From a virus (taxonomy: Duplodnaviria > Heunggongvirae > Uroviricota > Caudoviricetes), in IMG/VR virus record IMGVR_UViG_3300011008_000003: a DNA stretch of 64,000 nt; one strand, written 5' to 3'. The stretch's first letter is position 1; each line of letters starts with the position of its first letter. Below are positions 16,363 to 26,780 of the stretch, piece by piece. The position numbers and the translations under genes were made by a program. The notes under the pieces were generated by a model. The model had not been told where the DNA came from. It did not search any database and saw only the letters and a list, made by a program, of their open reading frames with translations.

Positions 16363-17109
16363 TTACTCAATATGTTCAGCTGTAAGGAAATTAGCGTAAT
16401 GAGGGTCAAAATACGGAATACGAATGATGTCAGTCTTGAACTTGTTGCTACGATACATTTTCATAATCATATCGTAATGTGGACCATGAACACCCTTACG
16501 GATGAGTTCATTGACTTCATGATAAGTAAATCCGAGCTTATCTTCATCGCTAAGCGGCTGAAGTCCATCAATCGGAGTCTTGTGAACCAGTTCATGCGGA
16601 AGACCAAGGTCGTCACCGATTTCCATGACTTCTTCAGTAGTTAAATGACTAAGCGGAGCAAGCGAACCAGCAGAGTCACCGTAAAGTGTTGCATAACCTA
16701 CAGCATCTTCCGACAAGTTGCAAGTATTCATAACGATAGCGTTGATAGTCTGACCGTAAGCATAGAGAGTGCTCATACGGAGACGAGCCGGAAGATTAGT
16801 ACGAGCAGCGTCCGACTGATAGAAACCAGGAATAGCTGCACCGATTTCACGGAATGCTTCGCTAATATTAACAATATCATGGTCGATTCCGAGATGGTCG
16901 ACAACCTTGTAGGAGTCAGATATGTCCTTCTGGTCACCGTTCGGCATCAAAAGACCGAATACATTTTCTTTACCAAGAGCAGCTACACATATGGCTGCGA
17001 CTACGGTACTGTCCTTACCGCCCGAAATACCGACAATAACTTTCTTGCCGTTGATTTCCGCGGTCTTTTCTTTAACCCAATTAATAACGTTTGCTGTAAG
17101 TTGATTCAT
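16363..17109 (-). CDS. nadE: NH3-dependent NAD+ synthetase
   Basis: GISGGKDS PP-loop, NLPARLRM, TCNLSE..VGYATLYGD, DEDKLG. Confidence 0.93.
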   Translation of the reverse strand: MNQLTANVINWVKEKTAEINGKKVIVGISGGKDSTVVAAICVAALGKENVFGLLMPNGDQKDISDSYKVVDHLGIDHDIVNISEAFREIGAAIPGFYQSDAARTNLPARLRMSTLYAYGQTINAIVMNTCNLSEDAVGYATLYGDSAGSLAPLSHLTTEEVMEIGDDLGLPHELVHKTPIDGLQPLSDEDKLGFTYHEVNELIRKGVHGPHYDMIMKMYRSNKFKTDIIRIPYFDPHYANFLTAEHIE

Positions 17110-17388
17110 TATTTTACCTTTAATTAAACTTTGTATTAACAAAGATAGAAAGCGTATTACAATCCAATTGTAAACTTATTTTTTACGTTCTTCTGGTTTT
17201 TTCACTTCGAAATAACGCATATCGATAAGACGCTTGCGTAAGTCATTGAGGGTATCACGTTCCTTAACTACAACACCGCCGACCAATGTGATACCGAGGA
17301 GGGTCAGAATAGTTTTGATTACTTTATTCATTTTATTGTCCTTTAATAAATCTGGGCACAAATATAGAAATTTTTTCGATTTTGTAAA

Positions 17389-17868
17389 CTAATATGATAA
17401 TAACTGTCGAAATTCATTCGTGAGAAAACTGAACTTATATTGCAGTTCCTTCATCGCCTTCGCCCAGTCCTTGAAAGTATCATGTCTCTTGATATGAATA
17501 GCATATCCAGGCAATTGGTCAAAACCGGCCTTGCATTCGCTGAATTGCCAGTATTTTGAATTTATAAACATCTGCTTGATAACTGGCTTCTGTTCGAAAA
17601 CGATATAAGCAGAAGAATATGACGGGCTTTCACAGCCGTCGACAAAGACTTCATCGATTGCATGGCCAACACAGCAGAAATAGGTTTTAATTCCGTGAGA
17701 ATTACAACGCATAACGACATCGGCGATATGTTCGTCGACTACTACGAAATCTTTGAATTCTTCTTCATGAATAATGAAATTACCAATACTGGTATACATG
17801 TATTCTTGGGTCTTAAAATTTACTAACGGACCTGGAAGATTTGTCCATTTAAGCTCAGTAGCTGTCAT
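17389..17868 (-). CDS. Hypothetical protein
   Basis: VDEHIADVV...GIKTYFCCVGH motif. Confidence 0.65.
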   Translation of the reverse strand: MTATELKWTNLPGPLVNFKTQEYMYTSIGNFIIHEEEFKDFVVVDEHIADVVMRCNSHGIKTYFCCVGHAIDEVFVDGCESPSYSSAYIVFEQKPVIKQMFINSKYWQFSECKAGFDQLPGYAIHIKRHDTFKDWAKAMKELQYKFSFLTNEFRQLLSY

Positions 17869-18124
17869 TTGAGTAATTCCGTAAATTTATCAGCCAGAAT
17901 TTTGGCTTTAGATCGCGTTTCTACTTTCTTTTCACCAGATTTTTTCAAACCCGAAAGATAAGGATCGTTATTGACATATTCCCTAATCGAATTGCAGATA
18001 GCTTCGACTTCAATACCGATAAGCCTGGTACGTTCACCAAGTTCTTTGATTTCGTCGTGTTCTGCGTCTAATTCGCGTTCAAGGCTATATGCTTTGCAAA
18101 AATCAGAAAAATGTTTATCTTTTA

Positions 18125-18916
18125 TCATTTCTGTTGCTCCTTTATCTTATCATGATAAAGCCAGTAGTTAAGACTCATTTCGGCCTGTTCATACAGCATT
18201 TCGAGACCGTTCACGGCGACTTCGCAGAAACGGTTTCCCTTAGCTTTATTGACGAGAGTATCGTCCGCATAGTTGAGGTCATAATATATGAACGGGTCAG
18301 TAATCGTGCCGAATTGAATATCGATACCAGCCTTAAACGGGATAGTATTGATAATGAGGTCATAGTTTCGCGGAACGAAAGCATCTAGCGGCAAGGTTTT
18401 CCTTTCCTTGTAACTGAAATGACGTTCGACATTCTTTTCGGTTCGGTTGAAAATATCGATATTCTTGATTTTCGTACCGTATTTGCCTGAACCGTAACCG
18501 GAAACTTCGTTAATCAAGGCGATACGGTCAAGCAATGAAGGAACGACGCCGCCATATCCGAGAATAGCTGCACGCTTAATCATCTTGTTCTTCTTGACGA
18601 AAGGTTTGGCATTTTTCCAGAATGTATTATAGAAAGCCGCACCGTCAGTAGAAACACCTTCAAGAGTTCCGTCGGAGTTTATAATGACAGTGTTAATAGA
18701 ACGTTCACAGACCGGACCTTTAAGCAGTTTGATGATTTTCTGTTTATAGGGAGTAGTAACGTTAAAACCTTTATATACTCCTGAATCGACAAGAATCTTT
18801 ACAGTCTGTTCAAAATTCTCGACATCAAAAACATCGTAGTTATAACCACGAGACTCGAAAAATTCTTTCGATTTAGAATAACCGATATTATGTCCGATTA
18901 GTGCAAAATTGTACAT
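18125..18916 (-). CDS. aroE: Shikimate dehydrogenase-like protein
   Basis: LIGHNIGYSKS, GFNVTTPYK, INT, TDG, DLNY, NGLEMLYEQA. Confidence 0.88.
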   Translation of the reverse strand: MYNFALIGHNIGYSKSKEFFESRGYNYDVFDVENFEQTVKILVDSGVYKGFNVTTPYKQKIIKLLKGPVCERSINTVIINSDGTLEGVSTDGAAFYNTFWKNAKPFVKKNKMIKRAAILGYGGVVPSLLDRIALINEVSGYGSGKYGTKIKNIDIFNRTEKNVERHFSYKERKTLPLDAFVPRNYDLIINTIPFKAGIDIQFGTITDPFIYYDLNYADDTLVNKAKGNRFCEVAVNGLEMLYEQAEMSLNYWLYHDKIKEQQK

Positions 18917-18918
18917 AG

Positions 18919-19467
18919 TTACGCCAATTCATTGAGAATGCTTTCCGTTTCAATATTTTCAACAACAATTTCCGGATGTATGCCGTTATCCATAGCTTTT
19001 ATGAAACGTCCGAGAATGTATAACATGTTTGTAAAATTGGAATTGGAAAACTTTTTGTAATAGAGGTAGTCAATTGTAGATTCTGTATGAGTATTGTCAT
19101 CATAGATTGAAATTTTGAAATAATCATACGAGAAAGATAAGTTCATCGTAAAACGACTCGACTTGTGAAGACGAAATAGACGTTCTTTAACAAGTTCTTC
19201 CATAATGAACATCTTAGATTCAGTAAAAGCTTTGATTATACGTGTACGAATAAAGTTATACTGTGCATCGTCAGAAAAATTATATGCAAGCCAGTCAAGT
19301 GGATTCTCGTTTTTTGCGTCGTTACGTTTCGGAGGATTCTTGGAATAAGCCTGATAATACTTAGCCTTTGACTTTTCAAATTTTGTCTGAGTCTTAATCA
19401 TCGGATTTCTTCTTCCTACGAGTTGTTTTACGTTTTGTCGGTTTCTGAGCAGCCTTATTTGTATCAA
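18919..19467 (-). CDS. Hypothetical protein
   Basis: ORF in run. Confidence 0.6.
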   Translation of the reverse strand: MIQIRLLRNRQNVKQLVGRRNPMIKTQTKFEKSKAKYYQAYSKNPPKRNDAKNENPLDWLAYNFSDDAQYNFIRTRIIKAFTESKMFIMEELVKERLFRLHKSSRFTMNLSFSYDYFKISIYDDNTHTESTIDYLYYKKFSNSNFTNMLYILGRFIKAMDNGIHPEIVVENIETESILNELA

Positions 19468-19891
19468 GCAGTTCGTTCAGTTTATCTTCTGTACTAGATA
19501 CGAGATAGTCGTATTCGCTGGCGAGCTTATTGGCCTGTGCGGTTTCTTTCGACATTTTGGACTGGTAGACAATTTCTTCATGGCCTTCGCCAATCAGACC
19601 GTGCCTGTACTTGAACATATCGAGCAGTTGCCATGCCAGTTCGTATGTCGGAATCAAACTACCGCTAGCCCAAGTACCGCAATCGCTGATAGATACGAGC
19701 TTCGGCTTTGTGATAGAGTTGTATTCCAAAAATTCTTGCTGATTATACTTCAAGTTTTTCCAGCTCGGATGCCAGAGATTCCATAAAGAAGGTTCATCTT
19801 TATATTGAACAATAAACCAGTCCACACCGTGATACCTGTATGGATAGCTATATTCAGGTCTTGCTTTGGTTTTAACGATTCTAAATTCCAT
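19394..19891 (-). CDS. Hypothetical protein, paralog of 62500-62910
   Basis: MEFRIVKT...IVQYK..PSLWNLWHPSWKNLKYN vs MEFRIIKT...IVQYK..PSIFNLWRPKWKNVKYN. Confidence 0.75.
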   Translation of the reverse strand: MEFRIVKTKARPEYSYPYRYHGVDWFIVQYKDEPSLWNLWHPSWKNLKYNQQEFLEYNSITKPKLVSISDCGTWASGSLIPTYELAWQLLDMFKYRHGLIGEGHEEIVYQSKMSKETAQANKLASEYDYLVSSTEDKLNELLDTNKAAQKPTKRKTTRRKKKSDD

Positions 19892-20140
19892 GTACTAAAT
19901 ATAAAAAATGGGTCGACGTTTGTCAACCCGTTTTTTTAAAGTACACATATATCACATTCTTGAATTTCGTCGTGTTCGTATTTAGCAATCCGTTCAGCCG
20001 GTAATTCTGGACCTATTCCAGCATTATAAAAAAAGTCAATTTCTTTTTCATATGACTCTGCTAAAACGTCATAATTAATGGACGTACAGTAATTAAATTC
20101 AATACACATACATCCTTTAACTTTTTCAAAATATATATCT

Positions 20141-21277
20141 CTATCCATCTAGATCCGCCTTGTCAAATGTGTGATAGTTCTTAAATAGCTTCTTGAATTC
20201 ACTTTCTCGGTCCATTTCGTCACAATGAGTGATTTCCAGGACTTGAGACGAAATACCGGGTACCTTATTAAGTTTATAGTCGTTATCGATACGATTCTTA
20301 AGCTCATTAAGGTCGAGATAACCATATTTGAAATCTCCCTGGAACTTATTACGGTGATTCATCAAATCGTCCTTAATATCGCCAGAAATTTCACTACGTT
20401 TCGTTTCGTCGAACTGACCTGCGCCGTGTCTGGTCAAATACGGCCGTGTAACATAATGAACAGTCAAGTCGTTAATGAAATACAAATCTTTAGAATCGAC
20501 TGCGCCGATACCTGTAACAGACGGCGTAGTATGTACATTATCCGGATCGTCATTCAAAAGAAGTCCTTGTCCGTTTTCGAAAATATATTCGTCGAAATCA
20601 CCAGGAACATTGACAGTAAACTTCACATGGTCAAACATGAACTTACAATCGTCGATAAAATGTTCCATCAAGCCGTCGCTCTCCCAAATTTCTCGTTCTT
20701 CCTTGGTCATTTCGAACTTAGGAGCATACCCAGCGAAAGAATCGAAATATTTGGTATTGAAGTAACTGCGGACATACTTGAGATATGTCTTCTGGTTAGT
20801 CGGAAATGTCCTTGCGAATTCTTCGAAACCGAGAATATAATTCTTGGAACAACGGAGAACTGTTTCCCAAATGCCCATACCACAAGAACCGTGTTCTTCG
20901 TGATACTTCTGACGATTCTCTTCAATAATCTGGTTAGCCAAAATATCGTACGGAGTAGTCCAGCGGCAGAACCTGTGCATGTATATTTGCGGCATAGGCA
21001 GCTTTTTGGCCAGTTCTTTGTATTCCTTGACGAACTGCATGGGATTTACAATGAAGTCCTTAGAGAAGAACGTAGACGCGCCGTAACACGTTCCAGAACC
21101 GAAGTGCTTGAACGTAAACACTTCACCGTTTTTAACGACAGTATGACCACGTTGAGGACCGCCATTGGTAAGGATATTCAGAACCTTACCGTTAGCGTTT
21201 TTCGTATAATGGGCTATGACCGTGCCTTTTCCTTCGTCGCCCCAGTTGGAACCGATAATAATTCTACCCTTCGTCAT
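20141..21277 (-). CDS. purA: Adenylosuccinate synthetase-like protein (divergent)
   Basis: WGDEGKG, NGGPQRGHT, HGSCGMG, ENGQG, TRHGAG. Confidence 0.85.
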   Translation of the reverse strand: MTKGRIIIGSNWGDEGKGTVIAHYTKNANGKVLNILTNGGPQRGHTVVKNGEVFTFKHFGSGTCYGASTFFSKDFIVNPMQFVKEYKELAKKLPMPQIYMHRFCRWTTPYDILANQIIEENRQKYHEEHGSCGMGIWETVLRCSKNYILGFEEFARTFPTNQKTYLKYVRSYFNTKYFDSFAGYAPKFEMTKEEREIWESDGLMEHFIDDCKFMFDHVKFTVNVPGDFDEYIFENGQGLLLNDDPDNVHTTPSVTGIGAVDSKDLYFINDLTVHYVTRPYLTRHGAGQFDETKRSEISGDIKDDLMNHRNKFQGDFKYGYLDLNELKNRIDNDYKLNKVPGISSQVLEITHCDEMDRESEFKKLFKNYHTFDKADLDG

Positions 21278-22014
21278 CGCCTTCGAGTTCTCCGATTGAT
21301 AAGATTGTTTTGATATAGTTAAATGCTGCGAAGATAATGTCTTCGTTATTGCCAAAATTGTTAAATTCTTTGCCGTTTATTATGATACATTTTGGTCTGC
21401 TACGTGAAATATAGGAAGTAAATGTTCTAAATTCAACGGCATCATTTACAATATCAAGATAACCAATAATATAAGCATGGTCGGCAATATCTGTTCGACA
21501 GTAGACCACATTATTGAAATCGTTGACAATTTCCCAAGAATCACCGAATATTTTTACATTCAAATTCAATTTTGCTAGTCCAACCAATTTTTCCTGATTG
21601 TCTGTTGCCCATTGGACTGCATCACTATGGCCAAGTTTATAAAGATTGTCATACATTTTCGTTCAAGCTCTCTAAAGATAAAACAACATCGAGATAGTTA
21701 ATGGCGATTCTGACTTTATCGGCAGAATCAGTCTTGAAAGACTTGCCTGCGATAACCATGAATTCCGGTTGATATACAAACGGATAACTGCAGTACATTC
21801 TAAAATCGCCATCTTTATTGAAATAACCGATTCTTAATTCGCCTTCATCGCGAATGGTTGCAATAACGTTATTAAAAATCTGATACTTTCTTTTAGTCTT
21901 TCCGATAGTAACAGAAATAGGATGCTTAACCCTGTTGTAGATTTCACTTTCAGTTAATCCGAAAACAGTTTTAATCTGATCCATGTAGAATTTAGTAAGA
22001 TTGATTTTAGCCAT
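21264..22014 (-). CDS. Two tandem paralogous hypothetical proteins (21264-21656, 21649-22014)
   Basis: Shared IGY...FR...SY...IxGKxF...AxNY...LS pattern. Confidence 0.6.
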
Positions 22015-22060
22015 GGTTTAAATATAAGAAAAGGATTGACATTTGTCAACCCTTATTTAA

Positions 22061-22591
22061 TTAGAACTCAGCTATATGAGAATAATAATCTTTTTCTTCA
22101 GTAGACTCAGATTTATCAGATAGCCAGTTAATAGCACCAGAAGTATCAGTTCTAGTTAATTCTACTCGATTATCCGTATCTATGGTTTCTTCGGTAGGAC
22201 CTGTTGCCCAGGAAATTACATAATCGTTTTTAACCTGAGTTCCAGAATCTTCGAATAATGCCTTATACGTTTCAGCCGGTAGAGTTATAAATTTACCAGA
22301 ATCCAATTTTACGATATATTCTCCTGGATTTACATCTACGAAGTCGCCCGATACCGTTTTAAGTTTAATATACCATACCATTCGTCCCCAACGTTTACCA
22401 GGTACTCCGACTTCACGAGAATCAATCTTGTAATTATCGTCACCTAGCCATTTTACTAGCCATTTTATGAACTCAGCGTATGAATATTTATCTTCAGGAT
22501 ATTCATAAAGAACGGCCTCGACATGCGAGACCGCTTCTTTATGACGTTCAGACGTAAACCATTTTGGTTTTTGAACCGTCTTGACCATCAT
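22061..22591 (-). CDS. Hypothetical protein, related to 24236-24595
   Basis: VEA...VNPGEYIVK...G.F..P..TY..LFE. Confidence 0.65.
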   Translation of the reverse strand: MMVKTVQKPKWFTSERHKEAVSHVEAVLYEYPEDKYSYAEFIKWLVKWLGDDNYKIDSREVGVPGKRWGRMVWYIKLKTVSGDFVDVNPGEYIVKLDSGKFITLPAETYKALFEDSGTQVKNDYVISWATGPTEETIDTDNRVELTRTDTSGAINWLSDKSESTEEKDYYSHIAEF

Positions 22592-22599
22592 AGACTAAC

Positions 22600-23490
22600 C
22601 TACCAGGTAATCGTTCCGTCCGGCTTAGTCTTAGCTCCTTCGTTGAGCACGCCAGCGCCACCGTTGCGAGCTGCGATTGTTTCGCTAATGCAAGCTTCGA
22701 TAACATTCGGAAGTGCGTCAATCGATGCGACCTTAGCACGGTCACCAAGCAACTGACCGAAAGTATTTTCGATACGGTCCTTGTAGCTACGATAGCAAGT
22801 CGAATGATCATCGATAGAAATATGATAGATGTCAAACTTCTTCGATGCTTCATTGTAAAGCTTCTTCGTTTCTACGTTGCCCTGGACATGTGCTTCATCG
22901 CCAAGGAAACCTTCGACAGCGTGACGTTCGAGAACCGGATTCAACGGTTCGTCACCCATCGTAATGATAATTCCCTTCTTGCCCTGCTTGTCGAAGCAGT
23001 CAAGCTTAGTCTGCTTAAGGCCGAAAAGCCAAGCCGCAGAATAAGATTCATAGGAATTACCGCCGCCGCCGCGTTCCATGTAAATCTTGTCGATTGCTTC
23101 TGCGATACGAACGTCAGATTCAAACTGCGATGCTTGAACCGGAGCTTCGTCGCATTCCATATCGCCAATACCCATGACCATGAATTCAATATCGTCCTTC
23201 TTGTGTTCCTTCAAGAGGTTACACATGATGGTACCGAGTGCTTCAGCAGTACGCTGACAAGCAGAACCCATAGAACCGGTAACGTCAAGAGCGAGAATAA
23301 CCGGAAGAGTATTCGGATGTTCTGCACTGTTGGCGCATTCACGGATTACATTCTTAGGAGACATGGATTCATCCAAACGACGACTTGTAAAAGTCTGACC
23401 CTTGGTAACAAAACCCATGCTGTCAACACACTTACCGCGGCTAGTAGAATAGCTACGGAAAGAGCTCATATCAAAGCTACCGCCACCCAT
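22600..23490 (-). CDS. von Willebrand factor A (vWA) domain protein
   Basis: ILALDVTGSMG MIDAS motif, GGGGNSYESY, ITMGDE. Confidence 0.88.
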   Translation of the reverse strand: MGGGSFDMSSFRSYSTSRGKCVDSMGFVTKGQTFTSRRLDESMSPKNVIRECANSAEHPNTLPVILALDVTGSMGSACQRTAEALGTIMCNLLKEHKKDDIEFMVMGIGDMECDEAPVQASQFESDVRIAEAIDKIYMERGGGGNSYESYSAAWLFGLKQTKLDCFDKQGKKGIIITMGDEPLNPVLERHAVEGFLGDEAHVQGNVETKKLYNEASKKFDIYHISIDDHSTCYRSYKDRIENTFGQLLGDRAKVASIDALPNVIEACISETIAARNGGAGVLNEGAKTKPDGTITW

Positions 23491-23502
23491 TGGCTTACCT
23501 CC

Positions 23503-24216
23503 TTACTTTGCCTTCTTTGCTGCTGCCTTCTTCTTTACCGGAGCCGGAGCAGTTTCTTCGCCTTCGCCTTCGCCTTCTTCATCTTCGTCGGCACCCGTAC
23601 CCCAAGAAGCATCGGTGTCGAAATCGAGATTGAACATATTGGTGAAGTCGAAACCGTTACCGTTGCCGCCGCCGAGCATTTGCTGCATCATCATCATCTG
23701 ACCGAGGCCGCCGAACATGTCGCCGCCGTTACCGTTACCGTTGCCACCCATCATGCTCTTCATGACCATGAGCTGGATAAGCTTACCCATAAGGCCCTTA
23801 CCCTTGAGACCGGCGTTACCGAAGAGGGAAACAATCTTGCCGTACCAGAAGGTGCTGCCGAGGAACACGTGACGTTCCGGAACGATTTCACGGATTTCAC
23901 TGGTTTCGTAGTCGATGCACTTGATGGACTTGTCGTCGTCGTTTACACGAAGAACGCACTTCGGCTTACCCTGAACGAGAATGACGTCGCCGACGGTGAC
24001 CTTGCTGGTCGGGAGCACGAAGAACAAGTCAGATGCTTCCATGCAGAAGTTAGTGACGTTGGTCAAACGCTTCTGCTTGACATTGTAGGACTTGTACGAA
24101 CCGTTGCTCGTACGGATTGCAATACCGCCACTCATGGAAAGTGCGCAAAGACCCTTGTCGATCTTACCGAACATACCCTTGAATGTGTTACCCATGTTGA
24201 AATCGAAATTGAACAT
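23503..24216 (-). CDS. Hypothetical protein with Gly/Met-rich C-terminus, vWA-operon partner
   Basis: Strong codon bias, GGAGG RBS links to vWA gene. Confidence 0.75.
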   Translation of the reverse strand: MFNFDFNMGNTFKGMFGKIDKGLCALSMSGGIAIRTSNGSYKSYNVKQKRLTNVTNFCMEASDLFFVLPTSKVTVGDVILVQGKPKCVLRVNDDDKSIKCIDYETSEIREIVPERHVFLGSTFWYGKIVSLFGNAGLKGKGLMGKLIQLMVMKSMMGGNGNGNGGDMFGGLGQMMMMQQMLGGGNGNGFDFTNMFNLDFDTDASWGTGADEDEEGEGEGEETAPAPVKKKAAAKKAK

Positions 24217-24235
24217 ATTGTGTTTTCCTTTTTTG

Positions 24236-24595
24236 TTAATTGTTAATATCTTCTTTTTCCAACCAGTTAATTACCTGGAGGTTTTCATTACCCGCATCAT
24301 CTTCAGCGGGTTCATAAAGTTCATTGAATGTACTATCTGGCATGGCATAGAATTCACCGTTAATTCCCTTAACGATCCAGTCGCCTTCATAAGCGTCATG
24401 TGTGCCTGTCGATGTAGTGATTGTCATAGCTATACGCCGTGTGGCAGTATCAAAACCACAAAAATCATGATATTTTAACTCAATCTTGCCTTTACCCCAT
24501 GCAAGAATCTCGCTATCATTAAAACGCGAAATATGCATTGCTTCGACAACGATTGGTTTCTTACGATACTTTGGAATATTCATTGTTTTTTCCAT
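24236..24595 (-). CDS. Small phage protein (KYRKKP.VVEA...GDWIVKG..GEFY family)
   Basis: Motif pattern; lies directly downstream of Ser-leader terminator. Confidence 0.75.
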   Translation of the reverse strand: MEKTMNIPKYRKKPIVVEAMHISRFNDSEILAWGKGKIELKYHDFCGFDTATRRIAMTITTSTGTHDAYEGDWIVKGINGEFYAMPDSTFNELYEPAEDDAGNENLQVINWLEKEDINN

Positions 24596-24621
24596 TATTC
24601 TTTTGACCTTTATAATATAGT

Positions 24622-24647
24622 AAAAAAGACCGCTTTTGTAAGCGGCC
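24622..24647 (-). terminator. Intrinsic terminator overlapping a promoter
   Basis: GGCCGCTT-ACAA-AAGCGGTC-TTTTTT. Confidence 0.75.
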
Positions 24648-24685
24648 TAAAGTAAAAATATTTCGCAAATTTTAATTAATTTACA

Positions 24686-24763
24686 TTAACTAAAATACGA
24701 CAAAAACAAGCCGCATGACTGTGACCTGTTTGATGATGAAATGTCGTACTTAAAATTAATCAT
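24686..24763 (-). CDS. Putative leader peptide, 25 aa, Ser(TCA)-rich (MINFKYDISSSNRSQSCGLFLSYFS)
   Basis: Five TCA codons within eight codons; leader-type promoter; AGGT upstream of ATG. Confidence 0.62.
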   Translation of the reverse strand: MINFKYDISSSNRSQSCGLFLSYFS

Positions 24764-24775
24764 TCTTATTACCTG

Positions 24776-24810
24776 TATTATATATAACGGCAATAGGATA
24801 AAAGTTGCAA
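24776..24810 (-). promoter_or_regulatory. Leader-type promoter TTGCAA-N18-TATATATAATA
   Basis: Same boxes and spacing as 233-267 and 4914-4948. Confidence 0.65.
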
Positions 24811-24819
24811 AACTAGAAA

Positions 24820-25659
24820 TTATTTTAAGTCGCCCAAAATTCTGCTGAAAACTTTGTAATTCGTATCGTCACGACCGCAATAAACAGCGAATTCGATATG
24901 CTTAAACTTATACAGATATTTTTCAGTAATGATGTCCTTATAGGCCTTGGCGACAACTTCCGGTGGATTCTTAAATGCGCCGCAGCCAAATGCGCCGAGA
25001 ATTACGGTATCGTCACCGTGATATAATGCACAGTTGAGAATCTTATCTGCACGCTTCTTATGGATTTCATAAAGCTCTTCGTCAGTAACCTTGATACCTT
25101 CACCATTTTCATGATTGTAGGCGTTAGCCGGAGTTTCTCGAAGATTCGGAGCTGCACAAGTAATAACGTCGACATGCATACGCTGGTAAAGGCCAGTATA
25201 AGAGTCAGATTTAATAATTACTACACCAGGAGTGAAGATAATGTCGTCATTATGTAACGGAGTTCCGGATCTTCTATGCGGTTCATAGAAATGTTCCTTT
25301 GCCCAGTCAGTATTCAGACATTCATAAAGGGTAGAACAACGGCATAAGCATTCTTCCTGCGCATTTGAGCCCTTATCGACGCCGCCGCCTGGATTTGTAG
25401 CAGATGCAAAATTCAAAACGGCGACTTTTGATTGACTATACTGGCGGGCGGCATTAAATGACCCGTTTTTAGTAACGACAATATCTGCTTTTCCGAAATA
25501 ACTCGGATAGTCTTCCGGTTTCATATCGAATTCCATACGAGCAGAATAAAAATTCTGGTGCGTCTTAGAATGCTTTACAAATTCCTGAAGCTGGTCGTCA
25601 TTCGCAATTTGTTTTAATGTATCTCTGAAAATTTTGATGTTTTCTTCTTTGATATTCAT
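24820..25659 (-). CDS. Macrodomain ADP-ribose glycohydrolase (TIGR02452/bacterial PARG-like)
   Basis: VLNFASATNPGGG, AQEECLCRCSTL, LGAFGCGAFKNPP. Confidence 0.9.
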   Translation of the reverse strand: MNIKEENIKIFRDTLKQIANDDQLQEFVKHSKTHQNFYSARMEFDMKPEDYPSYFGKADIVVTKNGSFNAARQYSQSKVAVLNFASATNPGGGVDKGSNAQEECLCRCSTLYECLNTDWAKEHFYEPHRRSGTPLHNDDIIFTPGVVIIKSDSYTGLYQRMHVDVITCAAPNLRETPANAYNHENGEGIKVTDEELYEIHKKRADKILNCALYHGDDTVILGAFGCGAFKNPPEVVAKAYKDIITEKYLYKFKHIEFAVYCGRDDTNYKVFSRILGDLK

Positions 25660-26443
25660 AGTGTACTCTTCATTGTTAATAAAATTGTATATATGTCTTT
25701 CGTTGATAGTTCAACAGAAAGATGGTTGTTTATATCATGCAAACGTTCTTCGATAGTGTCCCAGAAACTTCTACACATGGCCGGATAACGACGTCGTGCT
25801 TCTTGTTTTTCTTTGACAGTATAAGAATAAAGACTTCTGTAAAAATAGTCTATATCTTCAATGTATGACTTTTTCTCACGTACTAGATAATCATATTCAT
25901 CTTTGGAATGAACTCTTATATCGACGCCGAAAAACTCGACCAGTGAATTTATTTCAGGATAGTCGTGTTCGAATAATATTTCATTAAACTCATCTAATAT
26001 CGATTTTTTCATTATCTAGCTCTGTATGACATATAATCGAGTTCTTCATCAGAAAGCTTATATGTTAAATTATTATTCATGGAATCCAATAAACGTTTAC
26101 AGTTACGTTTTGTTTGATTGGCGACATAATTCATATCGTCATAACAAGTTCCATATCCATAATCGTATTTCATATTATCCATACGAGTGCGATATTCAGT
26201 AATATAATAATTAATACGTTCTTTGGTCCAGTTAATATTTTCAATTTCTCTCTTGTTACATACTTTAATTTCGACACCGTAAAGCTTAATCTTTTCGATT
26301 ATCGGATGATCATGCTCAAACAACAGCTTATTGAAACCGTCGATAACAAAATCTAAAGTAACATCTTTTGGGTTTGTATAATCTGGTTTTTTTGGAGATA
26401 ACCAATAAGAATCTCCATTAGTATGATAATGTGCTATAGACAT
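25656..26443 (-). CDS. Two paralogous hypothetical proteins (25656-26012, 26012-26443)
   Basis: Shared FN..LFEHD.P.I...GV.I.V...NN.L...LS. Confidence 0.65.
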
Positions 26444-26780
26444 AATAACCTACCTGAAAACCATAGGTTTAGATGGAACAGCCTTTAAATCGCGACCATT
26501 TGTATATTTGGGTTTATATACTGCCGGTTCCGGCGCAGTTTTTTCTTCCGGCTTGTTATACGGAGTATAGATTCCGACATTTTCTAAGAAATATTCATGG
26601 ATAGATTCTTCGAAAACCAGAACCTTAGCACGAATATTTTCTTTATTGTATACTTTATTTGCATCTGAAATCACACAAAGGCGAATGCAGAAAGTAAGAG
26701 CAAACAGAATCAAGGAGCCAATTACGATACCGAACTGACAATCCCTATGCATAGAATTTGTACTTCTCATTTTAAGCTCC

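Noticed and set aside
20141-21277. PurZ (Z-genome) assignment
   Set aside because: Retains the PurA-type GDEGKG aspartate rather than the Ser-containing PurZ motif.
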